From an uncultured Gammaproteobacteria bacterium (lineage in GTDB: Bacteria > Patescibacteriota > Patescibacteriia > Patescibacteriales > UBA12465), in the NCBI GenBank assembly GCA_964500975.1, contig CAZCQW010000001.1:49750-113749 (forward strand): a stretch of DNA of 64,000 nt, written 5' to 3'. Positions 8,678-15,427 of this stretch are shown here, piece after piece (the stretch's first letter is position 1; each line of letters begins with the position of its first letter). The notes beneath the pieces are model-generated. The model saw only the letters and a program-made list of their open reading frames with translations, was not told where the DNA came from and did not search any database. A program made the position numbers and the translations under genes.

Positions 8678-10066
8678 ATGAAAAAAAGTGAAAAAGATAA
8701 TTTAATGGATAAAATTGTTTCGCTCTGTAAGCGTCGTGGTTTTGTTTTCCCCTCTTCAGAAATCTATGATGGCTTTGCAGCTGTTTACGATATGGGCCCG
8801 TATGGCGTTGAGCTCGCAAATAATATTAAAAAAGAATGGTGGAAAGCTATGACGCAGCTTCGTGACGATATTGTTGGACTTGATTCCGCTATTTTTATGA
8901 GCCCAAGAGTTTGGGAGGCATCAGGTCACGTCAAAGGTTTTTCTGACCCACTAACTGAATGTAAAAAATGTCATAGTCGTTTACGCCTTGACAGTTTATT
9001 AGAAGATGCGGGAATTATGGCGGATGAAAAAATGAGCGAAGAAGAAATAAATCAAATATTTTCTGATAATAAAGAAAAAATTAAATGCCCAACTTGCGGC
9101 GAAAAAGATTTTACTCCGGGAAAGAAATTTAATTTATTAGTTCAATCAAATTTGGGAAATTTTACGAGCGATTGGTCTAAAGATCCAACGTACTTACGTG
9201 GTGAAACTTGTCAGGGAATTTATACCAATTATAAAAACGTTTTAGACTCTACTCGTGTTAAAATTCCTTTTGGTATTGCGCAGATTGGTAAAGCTTTTAG
9301 AAATGAAATTACTGCTCGTCAATTTATTTTCCGTACTCGTGAATTCGAACAAATGGAAATGCAATATTTTGTAAAAGAAGAAGGTGAAATGGATCATTAT
9401 GACGCTTGGAGAAAGACAAGATGGAATTTTTATTTGGATTTAGGTTTTAAAGAAGAAAATTTAAAATGGCATAAACATGAAAATTTAGTTTTCTATGCTA
9501 AGGAGGCATATGATATTGAATATAATTTTCCTTTTGGCTTTAAAGAGTTAGAAGGAATTCACGCACGCGGTGATTATGATTTGTCTGTTCATAGTAAGGC
9601 GTCTGGTAAAGAATTAAATTATTTAGATCCAGTAACGAATGAAAAATTTATTCCTCATATTGTGGAAACTTCAGTTGGCGTTGGAAGAACTTTTTTAGCA
9701 GCCTTAACTGAGTTCTATCGTGAAGAAGAAAGTGAAGGCGAAACTAGAGTTGTACTTGCTTTTCCTGCGCGTTTAGCCCCAATTAAAATAGCTGTATTCC
9801 CATTGCTAAAAAATAAACCAGAATTAGTATCTAAGGCGCGTGAGGTCTTCGATGCTTTAAAGAAAAATTGGCGCTGCGAGTTTGATGACAATGGAAACAT
9901 TGGAAAACGTTATCGTCGTCAGGATGAAATCGGTACTCCATTTTGTGTTACGATTGATTTCGAAAGTTTAGAAAATGGAGAAGTGACTGTTCGTCATCGC
10001 GACGAGATGACTCAAGAGAGAATAAAAATTTCTGAGCTTGAAAATTATTTCCGTCTAAAAATTTAA
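8678..10066 (+). CDS. glyQS: Glycine--tRNA ligase (dimeric class II type)
   Basis: 462 aa. The N-terminus ..IVSLCKRRGFVFPSSEIYDGFAAVYDMGPYGVEL.. is characteristic of GlyQS. Confidence 0.9.
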   Translation: MKKSEKDNLMDKIVSLCKRRGFVFPSSEIYDGFAAVYDMGPYGVELANNIKKEWWKAMTQLRDDIVGLDSAIFMSPRVWEASGHVKGFSDPLTECKKCHSRLRLDSLLEDAGIMADEKMSEEEINQIFSDNKEKIKCPTCGEKDFTPGKKFNLLVQSNLGNFTSDWSKDPTYLRGETCQGIYTNYKNVLDSTRVKIPFGIAQIGKAFRNEITARQFIFRTREFEQMEMQYFVKEEGEMDHYDAWRKTRWNFYLDLGFKEENLKWHKHENLVFYAKEAYDIEYNFPFGFKELEGIHARGDYDLSVHSKASGKELNYLDPVTNEKFIPHIVETSVGVGRTFLAALTEFYREEESEGETRVVLAFPARLAPIKIAVFPLLKNKPELVSKAREVFDALKKNWRCEFDDNGNIGKRYRRQDEIGTPFCVTIDFESLENGEVTVRHRDEMTQERIKISELENYFRLKI

Positions 10067-10131
10067 TAGTAAAAAATATTTTTTAGAAAAAAAATAAAAA
10101 TAAATATCATTTCGAATATAAATAAATAAAA

Positions 10132-10168
10132 ATTCCTTGAGAAAAAAAATCTTGAGGAATTTTTTTTT
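10132..10168 (+). terminator. Rho-independent terminator of glyQS
   Basis: attccttgag / cttgaggaat stem (two G-U pairs), A-rich loop, then a T9 run. Confidence 0.6.
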
Positions 10169-10187
10169 AAAAAAAATGGAAAAAGTA

Positions 10188-10216
10188 TTGCTACTTAATT
10201 TTAATAGATGTATAAT
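10188..10216 (+). promoter_or_regulatory. Sigma70-like promoter (TTGCTA - 17 nt - TATAAT)
   Basis: Hexamers read directly at 10188-10193 and 10211-10216, upstream of the small basic-protein gene. Confidence 0.5.
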
Positions 10217-10298
10217 AATTATAAGATACAAAAAAAATAATTTAAAAAATTTTTTTCGGTATAAAAAAATTAATTTACTTACGAAAGGGGGTGAGTTT

Positions 10299-10403
10299 AT
10301 GAAAAAGAAAACTGCTAAAAAAGTTGTAAAAAAAGTTGCAGCTAAAAAACCAGCTAAGAAAGTTGTAAAGAAGGCTGTTAAAAAAGTTGCTAAGAAAAAA
10401 TAA
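10299..10403 (+). CDS. 34-aa Lys/Ala-rich basic microprotein (histone H1-like / KKxA repeat)
   Basis: MKKKTAKKVVKKVAAKKPAKKVVKKAVKKVAKKK, preceded by a strong SD (aaagggggtgagtttATG). The upstream part of track ORF 10137-10403 is homopolymer-rich intergenic DNA. Confidence 0.6.
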   Translation: MKKKTAKKVVKKVAAKKPAKKVVKKAVKKVAKKK

Positions 10404-10461
10404 CTCTATTTAAAATTTATTAATTTTTAATTAGTAAATTTTATTAGTTTAAAAATTATAC

Positions 10462-10494
10462 AAAAAGCGTTCTGCGGAATCAGAGCGTTTTTTG
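10462..10494. terminator. Bidirectional terminator between convergent genes
   Basis: gcgttctg-cggaat-cagagcgt hairpin flanked by an A-run (5') and a T-run (3'). Confidence 0.5.
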
Positions 10495-10497
10495 TAT

Positions 10498-11370
10498 TTA
10501 AAAATATTTTAAATAATAAAAAAGGACTGTTCGAGATTGAACAGTCCAGGCGTCTTTGTTTGTTTTTTTGCTTAGCGCTTTATTTGCGCTTAAACAATTT
10601 AAGTTTTGGTTTGAAAACCGGAACTTCTTCCACTTCTTCGGATTTTTCAGAAGAAACTTTAACCACTTTTTTAATTGTAGTTTTGGTTTTTCTTCGATTA
10701 CTGGTTTGGTGATTTTTTTTGCTTCAGCGGCAGGTGCTTCGGACATAACAGAAGCGGGAGTGATTGGTGCGACAGGTTTTTCAATTTTTTTTCTTTCCAT
10801 CGTTTTAATTTCGATGGTTTCGAATCTGATACACATGTCAGTTTCCGGAATTGATACTTCGCCGTTAATTCCTAGGCTTGGAACACCTAGTCGCAGCGCT
10901 TTGTCGCATTGGCTTTGACCGATTTGTGCAATTACATCGATTATTACTGTTACCTCGCCGGTCAATAAATCTTTTTTTTCTTTGATCACCACAGTACACG
11001 GTAATTCTTTCCCCAGGTCAGCTTCGTTCACCATGAAATGGCGAATTACACTTGGTTTTACTTTCCCGTCGTCATCACGGCGCATAAAGTCGCCATGCAC
11101 GAAATGGTCGGGGATACTTAAAAAATTTAAGCCAGTTTTTTCTTCATTCAAAACAGCAATTTCATGCGGCGGCACGAATTTCAAATATTTTGCGGTCGCC
11201 GATGGAATTCGAACGCAAACGTTAAAAACCTCTATGACCTGTTGAAAACTTGCAGCAACAAAAATTTTGTCTTTGCCGATGGCTGCTTTACGCGCCATTT
11301 CAATTATTTTTACAGTTTCAGGACTTGCTACATAAGTAGCTTTTTTTACGGGATTCTCTGTTACATTCAT
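10498..11370 (-). CDS. Hypothetical protein; the C-terminal tail is probably out of frame
   Basis: 290-aa ORF with no family recognised. Its last ~55 aa (WLKFLLKNPKKWKKFRFSNQN..) look like mistranslated Lys-rich sequence. A 1-nt shift in an A-run near 10687-10691 instead gives ..EEKTKTTIKKVVKVSSEKSEEVEEVPVFKPKLKLFKRK*, ending at 10580. Confidence 0.45.
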   Translation of the reverse strand: MNVTENPVKKATYVASPETVKIIEMARKAAIGKDKIFVAASFQQVIEVFNVCVRIPSATAKYLKFVPPHEIAVLNEEKTGLNFLSIPDHFVHGDFMRRDDDGKVKPSVIRHFMVNEADLGKELPCTVVIKEKKDLLTGEVTVIIDVIAQIGQSQCDKALRLGVPSLGINGEVSIPETDMCIRFETIEIKTMERKKIEKPVAPITPASVMSEAPAAEAKKITKPVIEEKPKLQLKKWLKFLLKNPKKWKKFRFSNQNLNCLSANKALSKKTNKDAWTVQSRTVLFYYLKYF

Positions 11371-11588
11371 GATTTCTCTTATTTGATTGTTTATTTTATT
11401 TATTTATTTTTTAAAGAATTTGTCAAAGCTATGTATAAGATAACTTCGATTAATCACTATATCATATTTAATTATATATGTCAAGAGTTGGGAGCGTTCA
11501 TAATCTTTAGATATTCTTCATAGAGTTTTATATATAATGTCTTTTGCTTCATTATTTAGAGTTTATCATTGTTTGTTTAGAGATATAT

Positions 11589-12416
11589 ATGTCTAAAAAG
11601 AAATCTAATCTAATAATTGCCAGCCTTTTTTCAGGTCTATTTTTGTTATTTTACGTAATATTAAACATAAAAAATTACATAAATATGAGTGAAATAGCCT
11701 TTTTCGACGTTGGGCAAGGAGACTCTTCTTTAATAAAATTGCCTAATAATAAGCTAATTTTAATAGACGGCGGGCCGGACAACCTCGTTGTAAATCGAAT
11801 TGGCCGCTATTTGCCCTATTATCAGCGCAAAATTGATTATGTGGTCCTAAGTCATTATCACGATGATCATATTGTGGGTCTAATTGAAATTATAAATCGC
11901 TACGATATTGGAACACTCGTATATATGGGTGGTTCAAAAAAATCCAAATTTATGGATATTTTGTTAGATAAGGCTAAGCAGAAAAATATACAAATAACCC
12001 CTCTTATAAATAGTATGAAGATTAACTATCAAGAAAATTGTTCGATTAACCTGCTTAATCCACTATCTTTAAAAGTAAAAGTGGACGATAATAATTCAAT
12101 TGTCGTTAAAGTGTCTTGCGGAAAGATGCAGGCAGTTTTCATGGGTGATAGTAATATAAGTGTAGAAAAAGCTCTTTTAAATGGCAACATAAATTGGAAG
12201 ACAAATATATTTAAGGCCTCACATCACGGCTCAAAAACTGCTAATAGTGAGGAATTTTTGAAAGCTATGAATCCAAATTTAGTAGTTATACCTGTTGGCC
12301 AAGATAATCGTTTTAATCATCCGAGTCCTGAGGTTATAGACAGACTTAATGGTTTGAATATTGAGTATAAACGGACGGATGAACTTGGCAATATTGTTAT
12401 ATCTAGCACGAATTAA
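11589..12416 (+). CDS. ComEC/Rec2-related metallo-beta-lactamase domain protein (TM anchor + MBL domain only)
   Basis: ..FFDVGQGDSSLIKLPNNKLILIDGG..SHYHDDHIVGL..ASHHGS.. is the ComEC C-terminal MBL signature. One N-terminal hydrophobic helix is present, but no competence/DUF4131 channel domain. Start chosen at the ATG at 11589. Confidence 0.7.
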   Translation: MSKKKSNLIIASLFSGLFLLFYVILNIKNYINMSEIAFFDVGQGDSSLIKLPNNKLILIDGGPDNLVVNRIGRYLPYYQRKIDYVVLSHYHDDHIVGLIEIINRYDIGTLVYMGGSKKSKFMDILLDKAKQKNIQITPLINSMKINYQENCSINLLNPLSLKVKVDDNNSIVVKVSCGKMQAVFMGDSNISVEKALLNGNINWKTNIFKASHHGSKTANSEEFLKAMNPNLVVIPVGQDNRFNHPSPEVIDRLNGLNIEYKRTDELGNIVISSTN

Positions 12417-12421
12417 AAACA

Positions 12422-12450
12422 TTGACATATTTATTCAAATATGATATTCT
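12422..12450 (+). promoter_or_regulatory. Sigma70-like promoter (TTGACA - 17 nt - TATTCT)
   Basis: Read directly from the sequence, upstream of the gene at 12534. Confidence 0.45.
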
Positions 12451-12453
12451 AAT

Positions 12454-12477
12454 TTATCAAAGTTTTAACTTTGATAA
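12454..12477. promoter_or_regulatory. 24-bp palindrome (ttatcaaagtt-tt-aactttgataa), operator-like, immediately after the -10 element
   Basis: 11-bp perfect inverted arms read directly from the sequence. Confidence 0.45.
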
Positions 12478-12500
12478 TGTTATTTAAAAATATAAACCCA

Positions 12501-12515
12501 TCCGCCCGACGCGGA
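12501..12515 (+). repeat. GC-rich 15-nt mini-hairpin (TCCGCCCGACGCGGA)
   Basis: Lies in the 5' leader, 18 nt upstream of the ATG at 12534. Confidence 0.5.
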
Positions 12516-12533
12516 GTAAAAAACAAATAAATC

Positions 12534-13478
12534 ATGAAAAAAACTTTTATTTTCTTTATCGCTCTCGTTGCCTTTTTTGTGGCAAACGAAGTAAATGCGC
12601 AGGCGCGCGTTACTAATACAACTCCTAAGGACGTCGCAATTAAGGCGGCTAATGGAAATGGAGAGGTAATGATAAAGGCTTATGATAAAGCCAAAGTTTC
12701 ATTTGCTCCATCTTCTGGGGTGTTTTCTTTCGATTTGTATTCGTACGAAGGAGTGAATGAACGCTACGTTGCGTCATTTACAAAAAATGTAAAAAATAAG
12801 GAAGTTCAGATTACAACTAAAGACTTAACGGGTGAAAATCAAGAAGCCCCGGTAAAAACAAAAGAAACAACGCCTCCGCCAGTCAAAGAAGTTGAGGTAG
12901 TTACTTATCTGAATACTAGAACTACAAATATAGAATTGACGAACTCGTCTGATTTTAAATTTGTGGTTTTAAATGGCCCGTTTGCTGGGATGGCTCTAGC
13001 GCCCGGTCAATCATCTATTAAGCCCGTCTCCACGCCAACTGGATTGTTAGAAATGACCCTGAAACACGATGTACAACCGGAAAATACTAACCCACAAAAC
13101 AGTGGGAAAACTGCCCATGGACGCAGTTATAGGCAATCAGTATATTCTGGCATTATTGTAGAGGATCAAAAAAAGTTAGAAATTAAAAATGAAAACCTAA
13201 CATTTTTTGAAGGAAAACTGGTAAGAACAATGGCAATGTCATTGATTCCCCAAAAGATTGTGTTCACTGCCGGCCCTTGGAAAGGACAAGCATTAACCAA
13301 TAGAAGTTACACTTCAAAAGCAGATTTGTCAGAAGGCTTCAACTCATTTTCCATCCAGTATGTCGGTTCTGATGGCTTGAAATATCAGGCCGATATAGAG
13401 GTAATTGTAACGCCTCGCGATAGACCTTTGATATTCCGGGAAACGGACATCAAAAATAAATTGCGAATTAAGCAATAA
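12534..13478 (+). CDS. Secreted hypothetical protein
   Basis: 314 aa with an N-terminal signal peptide (MKKTFIFFIALVAFFVANEVNA/Q). No family recognised. Confidence 0.6.
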   Translation: MKKTFIFFIALVAFFVANEVNAQARVTNTTPKDVAIKAANGNGEVMIKAYDKAKVSFAPSSGVFSFDLYSYEGVNERYVASFTKNVKNKEVQITTKDLTGENQEAPVKTKETTPPPVKEVEVVTYLNTRTTNIELTNSSDFKFVVLNGPFAGMALAPGQSSIKPVSTPTGLLEMTLKHDVQPENTNPQNSGKTAHGRSYRQSVYSGIIVEDQKKLEIKNENLTFFEGKLVRTMAMSLIPQKIVFTAGPWKGQALTNRSYTSKADLSEGFNSFSIQYVGSDGLKYQADIEVIVTPRDRPLIFRETDIKNKLRIKQ

Positions 13479-13565
13479 CAAAGTTACTACACAAAATTTC
13501 ATAAAGGCTTCCCCTTAAAAGGAGGTCTTTTTTATTATAATTAGCGTATATATACATATCTTTAA

Positions 13566-13594
13566 TTGACCGCCCAGAGTCATTTTGCTATACT
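13566..13594 (+). promoter_or_regulatory. Sigma70-like promoter (TTGACC - 17 nt - TATACT)
   Basis: Read directly from the sequence. Confidence 0.5.
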
Positions 13595-13608
13595 AAAATT
13601 AAGGTTAA

Positions 13609-14280
13609 ATGACCTATTTTTATTGTAAAAGATATATGATTATTACTTTTCTTGGGCACTCATGTTTTAAAATTCAGGACAAAATTGGTCCAGACGGTGT
13701 TACTTTGGTAACGGACCCTTTTAATAAGGAAACTGGCTTAAAGGTTCCTAATTGTGAGGCAGATATTATAACTGTTTCTCATGACCATAAAGACCATAAT
13801 AATGTAGACGCACTTCGCGGAAATTCTTTTGTTGCGTCTTGTGCTGGTGAATATGATTTTAAAAATGTTTTAATAGAGGGGATTGATTCGTATCACGATG
13901 AAGTAAAGGGGAAAGAGAGAGGGTTTAATATAATGTATAGAATTGAAATTGATGATATTTCCGTTGCCCATCTTGGTGACTTAGGGAGTATTTTAGATAA
14001 CTCTCAATTAGAAAAATTAGTTGGTACTGATGTGTTGTTAATCCCGGTTGGTGGAAAATATACGTTAGACGCTAAAAAAGCAGTTGAAGTAATTTCTCAA
14101 ATTGAACCAAGAATTGTCATTCCTATGCACTATAAAACCGAAGGTTTAAAATATGATCTTGATCCAATTGATAAATTTGTTAAAGAACTTGGTTTAACTC
14201 CTAGCTATGAAGAAAAATTAAAAATTTCCAAAAAAGATCTTCCTCAAGAAGAAATGGAACTAGTAATATTAAGTATTTAA
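13609..14280 (+). CDS. MBL-fold metal-dependent hydrolase (UPF0173-like)
   Basis: ..ITFLGHSCFKI..SHDHKDHNN..; the alternative start ATG at 13636 (MIITFLGH) fits homologs better. Confidence 0.75.
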   Translation: MTYFYCKRYMIITFLGHSCFKIQDKIGPDGVTLVTDPFNKETGLKVPNCEADIITVSHDHKDHNNVDALRGNSFVASCAGEYDFKNVLIEGIDSYHDEVKGKERGFNIMYRIEIDDISVAHLGDLGSILDNSQLEKLVGTDVLLIPVGGKYTLDAKKAVEVISQIEPRIVIPMHYKTEGLKYDLDPIDKFVKELGLTPSYEEKLKISKKDLPQEEMELVILSI

Positions 14281-14284
14281 ATTT

Positions 14285-14887
14285 ATGATGCATCCAAAAA
14301 AAGAACAAACATTTGTTATGCTAAAACCAGATGCTGTGCAACGTGGTTTAGTTGGTGAAATTATTGAAAGAATAGAGAAGACTGGTTTAAAATTAGTTGC
14401 TTTAAAAATTACTAATGCAACCGAAGACCAGCTCTGGAAACATTATAATAAAGATGATGAATGGTATTTAAAAAAAGGAACTAATACTATTAAAAATAGA
14501 ACTGATTTAGGAATGCCAACCGAAAAAGAAGCGCTTGAGTATGGCAAAGACATTATTCGCGCTCTTGTTAAATTCATGAGTTGCGGTCCAGTTGTCCCTA
14601 TGATTTGGGAGGGGAATCAAGCGGTTGGAATCGTTAAAAAAATTGTTGGCGCTACTGAGCCCTTGTCTTCTGATAGTGGCACTATTCGTGGTGACTATAC
14701 TTTAGATTCATATGAATTAGCTAGTCTTGATGATAGAGCAGTTCGAAATTTAGTTCATTGTTCTGATCCAGTTGAAGATGCGGCTCGTGAAATTCCAATT
14801 TGGTTTACGAGCGAAGAAATAATGAAGTATCGCTTAGTGGCTGAACAAATTTTGTACGATGTAAATTTAGATGGTATTAAGGAGTAG
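14285..14887 (+). CDS. ndk: Nucleoside-diphosphate kinase, long variant with internal insertion
   Basis: ..EQTFVMLKPDAVQRGLVGEIIERIEKTGLKLVALK..GATEP..GTIRGDY..NLVHCSD (catalytic His context). It is 200 aa, versus about 140-150 aa for typical NDKs. Confidence 0.85.
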   Translation: MMHPKKEQTFVMLKPDAVQRGLVGEIIERIEKTGLKLVALKITNATEDQLWKHYNKDDEWYLKKGTNTIKNRTDLGMPTEKEALEYGKDIIRALVKFMSCGPVVPMIWEGNQAVGIVKKIVGATEPLSSDSGTIRGDYTLDSYELASLDDRAVRNLVHCSDPVEDAAREIPIWFTSEEIMKYRLVAEQILYDVNLDGIKE

Positions 14888-14902
14888 TTTATTTTTTAGA
14901 AA

Positions 14903-15418
14903 ATGAATATGGAGAACGAGCAAGAGAAAAAAAACTTTTTAATTAAAGTTGGGGTGGGGACTATTATGTCTTTAATCTTAATTTTTTGGGTATTAAATGC
15001 TAAAAATGTTTTTCTTAGTGGAAGTGAAGATGTTAAGTCGCCTGATGAAGTGACGGCTTTGAAAAATGATTTTATTGAAACGATTGATAGTATGGGAGAT
15101 GGTTTAAATGAGGTTAAAAAGACTGGTGCGGAGTTAACGCTTGCTAGTAGCTCCTTGATTAATGAATTAATTATTGAAACTGGTAAAATAGTTTCGTCTA
15201 GTACTGACCTTGCAACAAGTAGTACAGAAAATAATATTAAACCCCAAGCTACTTCTAGTAGCTCTTTTCCTAGTATTCCGCTAGTCGATCCTGCCGTTAA
15301 AAAAAATACAATTAACTGTCCTGCTTATATAAATTGCATGCCAACAATTGAGCCAACTCGTTCTCAACCTTGTCAGATTCCAGCTGGTTGCGAAGGAATA
15401 ACACAAATAGCCTATTAA
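14903..15418 (+). CDS. Membrane-anchored hypothetical protein with a Cys-containing C-terminus
   Basis: 171 aa with one N-terminal TM helix, a Ser/Thr-rich middle and a C-terminal ..INCPAYINCMP..PCQIPAGCEG... Confidence 0.5.
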   Translation: MNMENEQEKKNFLIKVGVGTIMSLILIFWVLNAKNVFLSGSEDVKSPDEVTALKNDFIETIDSMGDGLNEVKKTGAELTLASSSLINELIIETGKIVSSSTDLATSSTENNIKPQATSSSSFPSIPLVDPAVKKNTINCPAYINCMPTIEPTRSQPCQIPAGCEGITQIAY

Positions 15419-15427
15419 TTTTTATTT

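Noticed and set aside
9715-9900. 61-aa minus-strand ORF inside glyQS
   Set aside because: It is antisense to a highly conserved aminoacyl-tRNA synthetase gene, so it is a shadow ORF.
10137-10298. N-terminal extension of the Lys-rich ORF (MRKKILRNFFLKKMEKV..)
   Set aside because: This stretch contains the glyQS terminator, a promoter and A/T homopolymers. The strong SD sits immediately before the internal ATG at 10299.
10556-11523. Plus-strand ORFs 10556-10918, 10982-11245 and 11164-11523
   Set aside because: They overlap the longer minus-strand ORF and the intergenic promoter region. Their sequences are Phe/Ser/low-complexity rich, consistent with antisense reading of a Lys/Glu-rich gene. 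They are kept only as evidence that the locus is compositionally unusual.
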